Of a stretch of DNA of 64,000 nt, positions 40,520 to 55,236 are shown in pieces (position 1 is the stretch's first letter; each line of letters begins with the position of its first letter). The position numbers were made by a program, and so were the translations under genes. The notes beneath the pieces are model-generated. The model saw only the letters and a program-made list of their open reading frames with translations, was not told where the DNA came from and did no database searches. The DNA comes from Octopus vulgaris (lineage: Eukaryota), in assembly GCA_951406725.2 (NCBI GenBank), contig OX597828.1:10912001-10976000 (forward strand), read 5' to 3'.

Positions 40520-40610
40520 ATAAAATAAAATAATGTAAAATAATATAACTATAATATAATATGATATAATATAATATAATATAATATAATATGATATAAT
40601 GCAATATAAT
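40520..40610. repeat. (ATAAT)n pentanucleotide repeat
   Basis: Direct reading. Confidence 0.85.
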
Positions 40611-40857
40611 GTAAGTGAAACAGGTAGCTTATCTCGTTTAGCACAAGAAAGGAATAATTTTGTGATTGTGATAGTGATCAGCGTGAAATTTCGCTATGTA
40701 CTACAGCCCAGCAATTCTAAACCGCCATTTTTTTTCTTGGCCTTTTGTTTTGGTATCCTCTTGTTTTCTCAAATTTACATAAATTCGTGCTACATATGAA
40801 ACACCCCACCACAGCACGCACTCACACACATCTCCCTATATACATACATACATACAT

Positions 40858-40910
<53 letters not shown>

Positions 40911-41207
40911 TATATGTGCGTGAATATGTGTGTGTGTTTGTGAGTGTATGTGTATGTGTGAGACTATGTGTATTTGCGTATACATTTATAAGTATATACC
41001 CTCGTAAGTAATTCCTATATAGGCACAGGAAATGGCCACGTGGCTTAGATGGTTGATTTTGTAATCACATCTTTCTTGGTTCAATCTCACTTCGCGCAGA
41101 ATGTTGGATCATGTCGGATAAAAATTTTCGTCGTGCAAGCATATATACATACGCACATACGTATATATATATATATATCGGAAGGTTTGGAGATGATGTA
41201 CAGGTAT

Positions 41208-41444
41208 TATATATTAGAAAAATTGAGGTAATCAGATCAGATGGTTCATATTTGTAGATATTTATTTATATATTACATTTTTTACATATATCATATCATT
41301 CGGATTAGGCTTGTCCCATTCTAGTGGGTTTTCAAATCCACTAGAATGGGAGCAAGCGCTAATCCGAATGATATGATATATATGTAAAAATGTAATATAT
41401 AAATAAATATCTACAAATATGAACCATCTGATCTGATTACCTCA

Positions 41445-41459
<15 letters not shown>
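41208..41459. repeat. Near-perfect palindrome, ~123-bp arms, almost no loop
   Basis: Arms are reverse complements about ...ctagtgggttttcaaatccactag...; differences are mostly 1-2 nt indels. Confidence 0.95.
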
Positions 41460-41491
<32 letters not shown>

Positions 41492-41496
41492 AATAC

Positions 41497-41734
41497 AGTG
41501 TACATTGAAACACATAAGAGATACCCAGAAAATAGGATATCTGACGCACTAGAAAGAGCAGTTAAACTCCAAGCCACTAATTGTTGTAACTCCGAAAGTG
41601 ATTGAAAACTTTTAAAATTTGCCGTATATCACTTTGGGAATTACAACAATTTTGGGCTTGGAGATTAACTGCTCTTTCTAGTGAGTCAGATATCCTATTT
41701 TTTGGGTATCTCTCCTGTGTTTGAATGCACACTA
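41497..41734. mobile_element. Palindromic Tc1-type MITE
   Basis: TA-cagtg...cacta-TA ends; ~105-bp diverged inverted arms around a ~25-nt spacer. Confidence 0.8.
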
Positions 41735-41874
41735 TATTCTTCTCTGAATAATGTATAGTCTACTGACTGAATTTTTCCTTCTCGCTAGACCACTGGTGGC
41801 TAAGAATTTTTTCGGTAAATATTCTTGCTACCCTAAGATTTTAATTAATGATAATATATATGTATATATGTGTG

Positions 41875-41933
<59 letters not shown>

Positions 41934-42091
41934 ATGTAGGCAATAAAGTTTATCCTCAGATTAGTGCGATTAGAATTACGTTGGCAGCTAAATCTCTCGG
42001 GTCAGAGACACTCTACAGTGATGAAATACTTGAGTTCATTTTATATTGTTTTACGTTAACCTCATTATCATTATCGTTAGTATTAGTATTA

Positions 42092-42136
<45 letters not shown>

Positions 42137-42139
42137 TTC

Positions 42140-42580
42140 GGATCATTTCGGTTTGAACGGCAGTTTATTCTAGCGATGTCATATGAAATTGTCACCCATA
42201 ATTATGACCCTGGTATCGATCTATTGCATTTCAATCTGTTTTAGGGTTAGGGTTAGAGTTAGGGTTAGTTAGGGTTAGGGGTGGGGGGGGAAGGGTATCT
42301 TTTTTTCTTCACAAATGTAAATAAACCCAATCTGTTTCTTAAACGAGAGACACATTCATACGGCACAGAATGCTTTTTACCTCAATAGACGTCATTGATT
42401 GATTGAAATTGCAGAAATTGAAGAAAAACAACAACAAATATCTTACAACCTATAGAATTTTCTCAATAAATCCAAGAAAAAAAGATGTTTTATAAACACA
42501 TTCTACCAGTATACGAAATTTAAAATTTTTTAGTTACCTAGAAATTATGTTAAAAACTGCCGTTCAAACCGAAAAGCTCC
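42140..42580 (+). mobile_element. TTAGGG-containing MITE
   Basis: TIRs present; perfect TSD ttattttc; TTAGGG tract and G-run at 42241-42296. Confidence 0.93.
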
Positions 42581-43606
42581 TTATTTTCTAACGAAGTCGA
42601 TGAATAGTTGTAGCACAGTGCATTTACTCCATAAGTATTTTTAAATTGAATATGACATTGGTAATACCAGAAAGTGAACTTGGGCAGTCATATTTTGAGT
42701 TCTGTCTTCCTGCTTGCATCATCATACCTACGTATATACAATGTTGTACAATTTAAAATTTTCCTCTAAGTCTTGTAAGTCTTAAATCCTTTCCATCTCT
42801 CTCTCCATTTTATCAAATGGCTCTTCAGATCTACTTCACACCATTTCGCTTGACTTTCATCTTTCTCACCCGATATATTTCTAATAGAAGTAGAATTCAC
42901 GCTATGATTACAACTGTTTCCACTTATGGATTCTCTCCATATCCATATGAATGTTTAGACATAGAAATGCTCCCGTATTTATTTGTTGTCAGTGTTTCTT
43001 CTTACGGTTTTACAGTTCCAATTTAATATATAGAAAATTTATAATTCGTATTTCTCATTCTTTTAATTCATTTTTCATCTGATTAAACACGTATGTTATT
43101 GGAAAGGGGAAATTTTGATGTATCCAATTATTATAAGACTAAAATCCCTTTTTTTCTTTTTACTGGTGAAAATTTGCAAATTTGCATTTCATTGAATATG
43201 GAAGGAACTAACTTTCGAGATTTTGCAACCAAAATTGATATATTGGTTTCTGATTTAGGCACGAAACCAGAAATATTGAGGGAAGAGCGTTAGTTGACGC
43301 CATGGAGATAACGGATATTTTTATTTTATCAACAGAGGACGGCTGAAGAACAATAGTGGAACTTGGCAGTATTCGAACTCAAAATGTAAAGAGCCGGAAC
43401 AGATAGTGTAAATTAGTTATCCTGATACTCTAACAATTCTCCTATCTCACTGAATTCAATTTAATCCAATACATTTCTCTGTGAGAAGGAACTTGAGAAA
43501 ATGCACCAGGCTCGCTGATGTTGTCACCAACAGTTAAGCTGTCCGACTGAGGACGTCTACACAGGTCACCGATTCGTCATTGTATTAGATAATATTCTGA
43601 GGGCAT

Positions 43607-43994
43607 GGATGGAAGCACCCCGTCGGTTACGACGACGATGGTTCCGGTTGATCCGAATCAACGGAACAGCCTGCTCGTGAAATTAACGTGTAAGTGGCTG
43701 AGCACTCCACAGACACGTGTACCCTTAACGTAGTTCTCGGGGATATTCAGCGTGACACAGAGAGTGACAAGGCCGGCCCTTTGAAATACAGGTACAACAG
43801 AAACAGGAAGTAAGAGTGAGAGAAAGTTGTGGTGAAAGAGTACAGCAGGGATCACCACCATCCCCTGCCGGAGCCTCGTGGAGCTTTAGGTGTTTTCGCT
43901 CAATAATCACTCACAACGCCCGGTCTGGGAATCGAAACCGCGATCCTATGTCCGCGAGTCCGCTGCCCTAACCACTGGGCCATTGCGCCTCCAC
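43607..43994 (-). mobile_element. tRNA-derived SINE (family C variant), full length
   Basis: Head ggaggcgcaatggcccagtggttagggcagcggactcgcg, B box ggtttcgattccc; TSD tctgagggcat/tctgaaggcat. Confidence 0.9.
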
Positions 43995-46762
43995 TCTGAA
44001 GGCATAAGATGCAGAAGGTAAGAGATTACATTTCAATCTTAGTTCAATATTCAGCGTTTCTTATTAGAATCAACCGGCCATTTGACATTTCATTTCCAAC
44101 AAGCACCTATATCATATTTTTCAGCCTCCCTATCTAATGTAATAGAAACTATCACACTACGAATCTATATTGTTAGGTCTAAATGAATTCAACATTGTAG
44201 GCTCACAAGCATTTATGTTTGGTTTCATGAAGAAGAATGACAAACCATCATCAAGAAAGGTTGAGCAGAGATTAGTGGAATGGTAAGTTAAGGACACAAT
44301 GGCGTTCAGTTCCAGAATTTTCCATGAGTGTAATTACCCTTAATGAACTACAGGAATAGGAAATACCTTTCATATCATTTCATGAACATCAAATTATGGA
44401 TATAAAAACATTTAATCAACACGGGCTCGAAACGTTATGACGCTCAGCCTCTTGCAACGTATAAACATATTGAATGCAAGCTTACCAACTTCACTAAATA
44501 AATACTCTATGACACATGCCAACGCCAGTTTCTTTATTTTTTGCTATTTTTACATTATTCTATGCGATTCAAGCTACATATGAATACAATGGTGAAGTAT
44601 GTGTGTGTGTTAGCCCCTTTTCTGCGGTAGCTAGATAAACGGCTCCTTCATCATAAGTATCATACCTTCGACTTCAGCAAATACATGTATGTAAAGTTGC
44701 CGCCCTGCGCAATCCGTATACCCCGCATACCCCATGATAAGCTATGAATAGCTATAAAATTATGCTCTGACTATATTAATATATATCTCGCAAGATATAG
44801 TCAATGATAAAGTGACATCACTTCCCATAAGGAATAATTTGGAATAAGATATTCATATTCTCGTTTGTTTGGAAGCACTATGGGACGGAACCTTACACGG
44901 TCTAATAATACTGAAGATAGCCTAGCAACGTCTGGCTTTTATCCTATAAAAATCAACTTGTAATTGGGGTGGGAACTTGGGTTCCAACACCAGCTATTGC
45001 ACGTGTCGGTGCATCGCCACTTACAATATTGCAGCTACTCGATATTAAATGAAGAGAAACTAGTGCAGGGATGATTGAAAGTTACGCTGAAAAATCGTTC
45101 ATGTTTGAACCCGATCGTCGGAGATCTACCACTGCCGCTGGTATTACTCATGTAGTTAAGATTTCGCTTTTGTACCTACTGTTATGTAATACGATTACAC
45201 AAGATGATTAACAGTATCATTTTGTATTTGATGGCAGTAATTAATCATTAAAATCAACTGCATTGTGCCAAAAGGGTTAATAGTTATTGCAAGCTGATTT
45301 TGTAAGATGGAAAAGCAATAGTCAAACAAAGAAGATTTTCTGATTCACTAGCTCGAGAGTAAGCACACTTTCCTGGGGGGTTGGCATTTAGGGATATTTC
45401 AACCACAGTGCGTCGTTAATTATGCAATCAGAATTCTAGGAAAGCAACTATTTAAAATGTTGAAGGTCTAAAGGTCAACGAAACATTACGTTAATAGGTA
45501 AGATGCATTTGTTAAATGAGCGACATTGTCACAGCAAGAGATGATTAAGAATGAAGAGCAACTGGACCGAAAAAATAACTACATCCGGTAATTATCTTAA
45601 TATTCTCTTGTTCGTCATGGCAGCACGTGCTGTCCCATGCTTCGTTTCAAATAGTCAGCCACCATAGGAAGAGAAAGCAACGTTTTACTTCCTGATTAAA
45701 AGAAAATTCATTTCAATTACTTTAAAAGTAAACGCTGAAAAAGAAAACAGCATCTAATTGCATAATTTTCTTTTTTCCTATTTTCGTTTTTGTAAATAGC
45801 TGTACACAGGCAACGAAAACATTTTAGCGAATGCACAATTTCCTCATCTCTACATACTTTCAAGTGAGCATGTATTTCCTAGTTTTTCAGAAGACTGGAG
45901 TCTTCTTTCAACAATATTAGTTGTGAGTAGCGATGCATGCCAATGCTAACCAATAGAGCGTGCTTCTTATATGAAAAAGCACATTAGATTTTCAGGTCGG
46001 AATGCACATCTACTGATCACAGAAACGGTAAATGCTCTAATGAACATACATAAAATTATACTGCTATCTGTGATATATCTTTCGAATAATTCTTGCAGAT
46101 TATATTAAATCGCTATTGTTGTTTATATGATAGAAAGGCATGTTTAAGTACACACCCATATACATGTTTATGTGTGTATAAGTCTGCGTGTATATATGTG
46201 TGTATATTTATATATCTTTGTATATATATATATAACCGCGCATTCGCATATACCCGTATAAAGTGTGAGTGCGTGATTTTATTATTTTACTTCTATTGAT
46301 ATTTCATTGCCTCTGCCTTATTTCGGATATCGTAACAGCTCACATTGCTAACAGATCAAATAAAGCCACTTAAATTTACAACCCGGGGAAGGAATAATCC
46401 CACCTCTCTCAGAAGAACATCTCAAATATAAGTTTTATACATTTATATATCTGGGGTTTGTTCGGTCGAGATGAGAGCTTATAAGTGACATTCATCCTTT
46501 TTCTATGGGCATCAGAGAACTTGCTTCAACAAAATCCAGCACTGTGTTTCTATATTTCAGTATATTTTCCGTCTTATTTCTCTTCTACATAATTAATTAC
46601 ACTACTCTATGAATGTCTATACTCCAAATCAAATACATTAAGCAATAACACACAAGCATATTATACCCAACTATTCCGGGATTCTGCTTTTCCCTACATT
46701 GCAGCTTAACTGTAATGAACAAAACTTGATTAAAGTATATTATATTATGTTGAGCTAATTAA

Positions 46763-46970
46763 AGGCGGTGATCTGAAAGAATCGTTAGCACGCCGGGCAA
46801 AATGCTGTGCGATATTTCGTCAGCCTTTACCTACTGAGTCCAAATTTCGCCTTTCATCATAACGCGCTCAATAAAATAAGTACCATTTCAGCGTTGCGTG
46901 GGGTGTCGATCAAATCCACTTAGACCCTCTCCTATAATTTCTGGCCTTGTTCCAAAATTTGAAACCATTA
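46763..46970 (+). mobile_element. SINE family A (diverged)
   Basis: aggcggtgatctgaaagaatcgttagcacgccgggc...aaatttgaaacca. Confidence 0.75.
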
Positions 46971-48320
46971 TGTTGCAATAATTATTTATATTATGTTTCA
47001 CCTTACAACTATTGTTGAATAGATAGCACTTCAATACATCACTACTCTACTACAGAATTGGTAGTAATACTGCTGCATCTCTTTCAGAAAGTGACAGAAC
47101 TATAATCTTTTATTTTTTGGTGAGTGGGGGAAGAGATCTGGACACACAAAGCACAGGGCCGAAACAAATACCGCAAAAGCATTAAAGACGAAGGCCATAA
47201 TCATTCAACCAAATCAAAGCCTCGAACTGATATTATTACAGTTATCAACCACGAAAGACAAAATTACTTTCAGTAGGATCGAACTCAAAACATGGAGCAC
47301 AGAACAACTACTGCAACGCTTATTTCTTAATGCACTTATCATTCTGCCAATTCGTTATCTCGTACTGCTCTACTCTTGCACTACATTGTTATTGTCCAAT
47401 AGCTTGCACTACTAATCTACTACACTATATTTCTACACAACAGCCCAGCACAACGTAGTTACATTTTCTCTACATTTCGAAATATTAGACTATACACCAG
47501 ATAGCAATAATATTCAGACGGATGGGGTGATGCATGTGTTTACAGATGGAGCAAAAGAAATGAATGAATGAATGTGTGGATAGAGAGAGATTGGACGAAA
47601 CATAGAGATTGTCTTATATATATAAGTGAAGAGGAAAGAAGGGGCATATACAAAGGGGACGGAGAACGAAATGAAATACTAGGGAAGAGGACAGAAAAAA
47701 GAGGGGAAAGAAGAGACAAAATGGAGAAGAGAGAGAGAGAGAGAGAAGTTAGAGAACCAGACAAACACCCGCAGAAGGAGCACAAGAGAAAAATATTGGG
47801 GAAATGTATATATAAAAAAAAAACGTGATGGAATTGAGGAGGGATAGAAACTGATAGAGTAAATCGAAAGGAGTGATGAGAGAGGTAAATTTAACAATAA
47901 CGAGGTCGAACTAGCGGGTTGGAGAGATAGATAGATAGGCAGACATAGAGAGAGAGAGAGAGAGAGAGAGGGAGGGAAGAGAAAGAGGTAGTGAGTTATA
48001 TACAATTAGATAATAGAATTAGTGAGATATAGAAATGCTATTAAACCCTACAGTCAGTTAACATTGACAATAGAAACTCTGCATGAATCAGAGATTAATT
48101 CATTTCATTTCCCAAAACTCTGTGTAAATATGTAAGTATAAATATCAATATGGTGATCGATAGATGATGCAATATTCTGGAATACTGTTTGCCCTTACTT
48201 GATTTAGTACACCATATATATATATATATTTGTGTGCGCATATGCAAATATACATATATATATTTGTATGTGTGCGTATACAAATATATATACATATATA
48301 TATATATGCTCTTATGGAAA

Positions 48321-48354
<34 letters not shown>

Positions 48355-48576
48355 TTTGTATGTGTTAGTGTGTGTATAAGAGAGAGAGAATGTGTGTTTG
48401 TGTGTGTATGCATGGAGGCTTCTGTATATTTATATGTGCATATAATATATTATTATACATTGGTTTTATTTTATTACTTGCAATACAGATGATGCAGGCA
48501 TGTTTTAATATGGCTTTATGCAGAAAACAACAAAAAAAATCTAGAACACTGCTTCATTCATATGCAAACCAGAATA

Positions 48577-48612
<36 letters not shown>

Positions 48613-48904
48613 CACGAATATGTATACACAGGGTCATAGAAACACACATGAATATATATCTGTATATGCGTGTATATCTGTGCCTATTAGACAAAGAGAA
48701 ATAAAGTACAGAAAATGTAATTGAAAATGAAGAGACTAAGCATGAATACCGAGGAGCAAACTAGCGTTAGATACATCGGTGGATAGAGAGACGTATATAC
48801 AGAGAAGTAGATATATTGCGGATATACAGAAGAATGTGGGTATGTAAGCTTAGATGTGTAAGAGAGAGAGAGGCCTGCATATGTATATATGTATGTATGT
48901 ATCA

Positions 48905-48905
<1 letters not shown>

Positions 48906-49001
<96 letters not shown>

Positions 49002-49007
49002 CAGAGG

Positions 49008-49045
<38 letters not shown>

Positions 49046-49109
49046 GAGATAGATAGATAGATAGATAGATAGACAGAGGGATAGATAGATAGATAGATAG
49101 ATAGGTAGG

Positions 49110-49176
<67 letters not shown>

Positions 49177-49313
49177 GTAGGTAGATAGATAGATAGATAA
49201 ATAAATAGATAGATAAATAGACAGATAAATAGATGCATGGATGGATAGACAGACAGCTATATAGATAGATAGAAAAATAGATAGATAGATAGAGAGAGAG
49301 AGACAGAGAGGGG

Positions 49314-49383
<70 letters not shown>

Positions 49384-49385
49384 CA
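48906..49385. repeat. Long (GATA)n array
   Basis: Direct reading. Confidence 0.97.
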
Positions 49386-49645
49386 GAAATCTAGGTACGT
49401 ACACTCATAGTGACGTAATTTTATACGCTTTTGTGTGCACAATAAATACTCAAATTCACCATATGTATACGCATGTGTGTGTGTGTGTTATTTAATACTA
49501 TATTACGTATTACACATATATTTATATTCATATATCATATTTTGTATACTATGTATATTAATATACATACCGCACACAGACACACAGGCACACACTCACA
49601 CAAACACACACCCACACGTACACATACATGCACACATATATATGC

Positions 49646-49682
<37 letters not shown>

Positions 49683-51018
49683 AAGGCACACAAACAGATT
49701 TACACATATGAATAATGCTGTTTTCTGCTGAATAATTGCTCAGGGTAATTGCTATGGGTAACAGTCAAACATCTCATAATATTTAAAAATGGTATTTTTT
49801 TTTTTTTTTGCTTTTTTTTGCCAATTCCAATGATGAAATTTTTCCCCTAAAAATACATTTGAGGCTTTTCAATTTCGTTTTATTTATATTATTAGAAATT
49901 TTTCCATTGCCCTGCCCTTGTTATAAACCCACCCACGCACCATCTCTCCTTTTTATTTGGATTCCCCAACTGCAATCAGCGCAAAGTTATTAGTTTTATT
50001 CTTCGTTGAATATGTATGTATGTATGTGTGTATATATATACGTATGTATCTGTGTATGCATGTATGTGGTGTATAAATACACATACACAATAATGTATGT
50101 GTATATATATATATATATATATGCACACACACAATATTGTGTGTGTTCATACATCACACACACACACATATATATCTACATATGCGTATATAAATATTTG
50201 TATTCAATATATGTATTTATAAACATATACGTAACTATTTCATATATACATACATGCATACATCTCTGTATATTCTTATGCGAATATACAACCATATTTT
50301 ATCCATATATACAAAGAGCGGAAGAGGGAAAAAGAGGGAATATGTGTATAGAGAGAGGTGAAGAGAGAGAGAGAGGGGCAAATAGATTGCGTATAAATAT
50401 TAAAACTTAAATTCAGCCAACCAAATTCAGGAAACAGGTCCGAATCAGGTCTGAACTGCTCTATTATTCGAATTCCTCAATTTAGTTCAATAATTATTTG
50501 CTCTTAATATTTTCTGTTGCTGTCAAGTTTCTGTTCCGGTGTGCTAGGCCCTATTGTTGATTATGTGTAATCTTTTATGGAATGTGACTATCCTTGTCTC
50601 TTGTATTTTGTGGGGAATTTTTGTTGCCGACATTTTTGTCGTTTTCTTGTCTTCCGATAAATTTGCGTAAGGGGTTTGCAAATATCTTTCAGTTGTGGGT
50701 ACCTCGTGACCATTGGTTCGAATCCTGTTTGAGAATGTTCCTCTCGTGATTTCTTGAACGTAGAATATCAAAATCTGGTCCCTTTATTAATTATAAGGCA
50801 GTCGATGTTTGCCTGTTTCTCTTTAAGCAACCTCACAATTCTGAAATAACGCTTTCAAAAATTTACACACAAATCCACAAATCCATCTGCAATAATCCGT
50901 GAAATTAAAAAAATCCTGCGTCCAAATCTCCCCAGCATCTAAATGGGAAGAGTTCAAAATAAGAGACAATGAAAGACTTGTAAGCTTTCCTCGCCTATCT
51001 CTCACTCGTTTTATTTCG

Positions 51019-51023
<5 letters not shown>

Positions 51024-51056
<33 letters not shown>

Positions 51057-51065
51057 CACACACAT

Positions 51066-51127
<62 letters not shown>
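51024..51127. repeat. (CA)n
   Basis: Direct reading. Confidence 0.97.
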
Positions 51128-51175
51128 TCGTTCTCTCCTCCCTCTTCAATGATAGTATGTAGGTAATCAATATGG

Positions 51176-51392
51176 GAGGCAAACCGGCAGAAACGTTAGC
51201 ACGCCGGGCGAAATGTTAGCAATATTTCGGCTACCGTTACGTACTGTGTTCAAATTCCGCCGAGGTCGAATTTGTCTTTCGTCTTTTTGGGGTCAATTGA
51301 ATAAGTACCAGTTACGCACTGGTGTCGATGTAATCGACTTTGTCCTTGTTTGTTCCCTCCATGTTTAGCCCCCTGTGGGCAATAAGGAAATA
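51176..51392 (+). mobile_element. SINE family A monomer
   Basis: ggcagaaacgttagcacgccgggcgaaat...gccccctgtgggcaataaggaaata. Confidence 0.88.
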
Positions 51393-51825
51393 AATATTTA
51401 TTCGAAACCTAGCTTTACCAAAATCTCTTATTAGAATATCTTACTTGTGAAAATTTAGTATATAACATCAAGTAGTGAAGCAGTTAAAACTATATTTATT
51501 CTCTAGTAGATTCGGATAAAAATTTACTAACATTTATAAAGTATTCAGTTTGTATTATACCCATTGATGTTTATAATTTGTTTAGTTATTTTTGTCCCTA
51601 CAAATCAAGAGCAAGATTTCATCATTCGGTGATAGCCACCTACCTCATTTTCATCTTATACCTCGTTAGCAGACCTATGCTTAGACTAGCTTGCGCCTGT
51701 TTTCGGAATGCAGCAGTTTCTAGCACATTGGAACAATATTACTTGGAAATTTTAATTTGTTATGTTTCCAAAATTTGCAGGTATTGCTGTTCTCAATAAC
51801 TTTTACTATCTGGTCATTCCATGAG

Positions 51826-52403
51826 TCGGTGAGCTGGCAGAAACGTTAGCACGCCGGGCGAAATGCTTAGCGGTATTTCGTCTGCCGCAACGGTCTGAGT
51901 TCAAATTTCGCCGAAGTCGACTTTGCGTTACATACATTCGGAGTCGATAAATTAAGTACCAGTTACGCACTGGTGTCGATTTAATCGACTTAATCCGTTT
52001 GTCTCTCCTTCTTTGTCCTCTCTGTGTTTGGCCCCTTGTGGGTAGTAAAGAAATAGGTATTTCGCCTGACGCTACGTTCTGAGTTCAAATTCCGCCGAGG
52101 TCGACTTTGCCTTTCATCCTTTCGGGGTTGATTAAATAAGTACCAGTTACGTACTGGGGTCGATATAATCGACTTAATCCATTTGTCTGTCCTAGTTTGT
52201 CCTCTCTGTGTTTAGCCCCTTGTGGGTAGTAAAGAATAGGTATTTCGTCTCTCTTTACGTTCTGAGTTCAAATTCTGCCGAGGTCGACTTTGCCTTTCAT
52301 ACTTTTGGGGTCAATTAATTAAGTACTAGTTACGCACTTGGGTCGTTCTAATCGATAGCCCCTCCCCCAAAATTTCGGGCCTTGTGCCTAGAGTAGAAAA
52401 GAA
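51826..52403 (+). mobile_element. SINE family A trimer
   Basis: One head and three units joined at aaagaaataggtatttcg; the last unit has the alternative tail. Confidence 0.9.
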
Positions 52404-52977
52404 TAGTTAACACGTCAACGAAAATGTTTAATACCATTATATTCAGTTACATTCTGAGTTTATATTTCCCTGACGTTAACTTTGCTTTTCATTCTTTCGT
52501 ATTTGATAAATTAAGTACAAGTTGAGCACTTGGGTCGATATAATTGTTTGACCCCGCCCACAACATTGCAGGCCTAGTAAATGTACTAGAAATAATTATT
52601 TGGTACGTTCTCTTCTGTCCTTACGCAATGAAGGGCCAGCTTTCAGGACCCGGACAAAGCTGACTGTAACCTTTGCCAAAAAACACCTCGTTAACTAATC
52701 TAAGCAGTATATATGACTAACACATCTACTCTGCACTGACTCAATCTATCTATCTCTCCAGCCCATTATTTCGACTCTGAATAATAAACGGGACAAAATT
52801 TCCCAGTTACGTGGAAGTATTATGTATTAATAGTATTTCGTAAGCTTTTCCCTGACTTTTGTTTTCTTATTACCCTCCATTTTATTTGGAGCTCCAAAGT
52901 TGTTAGAAAGGAACGATTTTATTCTTGTGTGTGTGTGAAGGGTGTGAGATTGAAAGACAACTGAATTGAGTGTTTGT

Positions 52978-53061
<84 letters not shown>

Positions 53062-53062
53062 C
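52978..53062. repeat. (GATA)n
   Basis: Direct reading. Confidence 0.97.
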
Positions 53063-53435
53063 AGGCGTAGGAGTGGCTGTCTGGTAAGTAGCTTGCCTGC
53101 GAACTACATGGTTCTGGGTTCAGTCCCACTCCGTGGCACCTTGGGCAAGTGTCTTCTACTATAGCCTTGGGCCAACCAAAGCCTTGTGAATGGATTTAGT
53201 AGACGGAAACTGAAAGAAGCCCGTCATATATGTATATGTATGTATATATATATGTGTGTGTGTGTGTTAGTGTGTGTGCATGTGTGTGTGTGCGTGTATA
53301 TGTTTGCATGTCGGTGTTTGTCCCTCCAACATCGCTTGACAACCGATGCTGGTGTGTCTACGTCCCCGACAAAAGGCGGTGCTCCAGCATGGCTACAATC
53401 AAATGACTGAAACAAGTAAAAGAGTAAAAGTGTAA
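53063..53435 (+). mobile_element. SINE family B with internal deletion
   Basis: aggcgtaggagtggctgt...gagtaaaagtgtaaaa. Confidence 0.88.
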
Positions 53436-53549
53436 AATTAGAGAGAGAGAGAGAGAGACACAGTTAGATAGAAATATCTATCCATACATACGTACGCATA
53501 TATATATATTCATACAAGTACATATGCATAGAAACACGCATATATTCCT

Positions 53550-53987
53550 ATATGTATGTGTGTATTGTATGTATGTATGTATGTATGTATGTATGTGTGT
53601 GTGTATGTATGTATGTATGTATGTATGTATGTATGTATGTATGTATGAATGCATGTAAGTATGCATGTATGTATGTTCGTATGTATGTATGTATGTATGT
53701 ATGCATGCATGTATGTATGCATGCTTGTATGTACGTATGTGTGTATTGTATGTATGTATGTATGTATGTATGTATGTGTGTGTATGTATGTATGTATGTA
53801 TGTATGTATGTATGTATGTATGTATGTATGTATGAATGCATGTACGTATGTATATATGTATGTATGCATGCATGTATGTTAGCATGATTGTATGTATGTG
53901 TGTATGTATGCATGTATGCATGTATGTATGTATGTATGTATGTATGTATGTATGTATGTATGTATGTATGTATGTATGTATGTATGT
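53550..53987. repeat. Long imperfect (TATG)n array
   Basis: Direct reading. Confidence 0.97.
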
Positions 53988-54816
53988 GCTTGTTCGGAGA
54001 TGTCCTTCCAATGATTTCTAAACTTATGTATATCCTCATCAACACGGCAACTATTCTTCATTATGAATGTTGTATTCCGATAAGAGTTTAAGACAGATGA
54101 CAGAGCAACAACGGTCAGTAATTATAATTGTAAAAATAATATTCAACAATTTACTATAGATAATGTCATCACATTCCCTGCATACATCTGTAAATAATTC
54201 ATCTTGTCATCATTGTTATTCAGATATACTTGAATTTAATTTTAATGTCGTCTGAATTAAAAACAAAAGAAAAAAAAAAGGAACCGAAATACCTACGTCG
54301 AAATTAATTCAGTAGAATACTTTAAATAACTTTTGTTGGCGTCAGTTGTTCATATACATATAATGGATGCGAAGAGATGATGCAAGCATACAGACGCTCA
54401 AACACTATTGTAACCCTCTCACACGCATCTGTGCAGTTATGCAATTAGTGCAAACTAATGGTGTCACTAATTATACTGTACAACCCAAAACAGACTACAT
54501 ATATACGTAGACACACACCTACATACAGGACCATATAGAAACATGCACACACACTCACACACATTTATAGATATATATATATTCCAGCATGATGATATTT
54601 ATAGTGATATAAGCATAAATGCATTTACATGTATGTATGTATATAAGTGTGTATATATATATATATATATACACACACATATTTATGAATGTATATATAT
54701 AAATACATACATATATATATACATACATATACATACATATATATATATATATATAACAGACGGAAGATGGAATATACGAGAATTTATTAATCAAATATAT
54801 ACAAACACACACACAC

Positions 54817-54868
<52 letters not shown>

Positions 54869-54939
54869 ATGTGTGCAAATATATATATATATGTACATAT
54901 ACATATGTGTGTGTGTGTGTTTGTACATATGTGATCAAC

Positions 54940-55152
54940 GTCTTCCAGTCATCAGACTGCAACTATGTCGCGGCACGGTATCGAAGAATTTGAGTCAAAC
55001 GAATCGAATTGTTTATTTTGTTAAACTCTGGTGTCCTCTTGCTGAACCGTTAGGTTACGAGGATGTAAAAATATCAGCAACTTTGTCAAGTGGTCGTGAA
55101 GAGCAAACACAGACACAAAGACATACTCTCACATCGATTTGCGTACACATAC

Positions 55153-55183
<31 letters not shown>

Positions 55184-55204
55184 AAGACACACACACACAC
55201 ACAT

Positions 55205-55236
<32 letters not shown>

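Noticed and set aside
42241-42296. True telomere or chromosome-fusion scar
   Set aside because: The TTAGGG tracts are short and always at the same position inside a TIR element.
43915-43994. tRNA gene
   Set aside because: It has A and B boxes but no proper acceptor stem, and continues into a SINE body with a TSD. The same applies to the other tRNA-like heads.
50544-50771. 75-aa minus-strand ORF in unique sequence, possible first exon
   Set aside because: No recognisable homology or clear splice signals.
54005-54048. Hammerhead-like ttgatgag...gaaatc on the minus strand next to (TATG)n
   Set aside because: The core C is missing and the stems do not pair.
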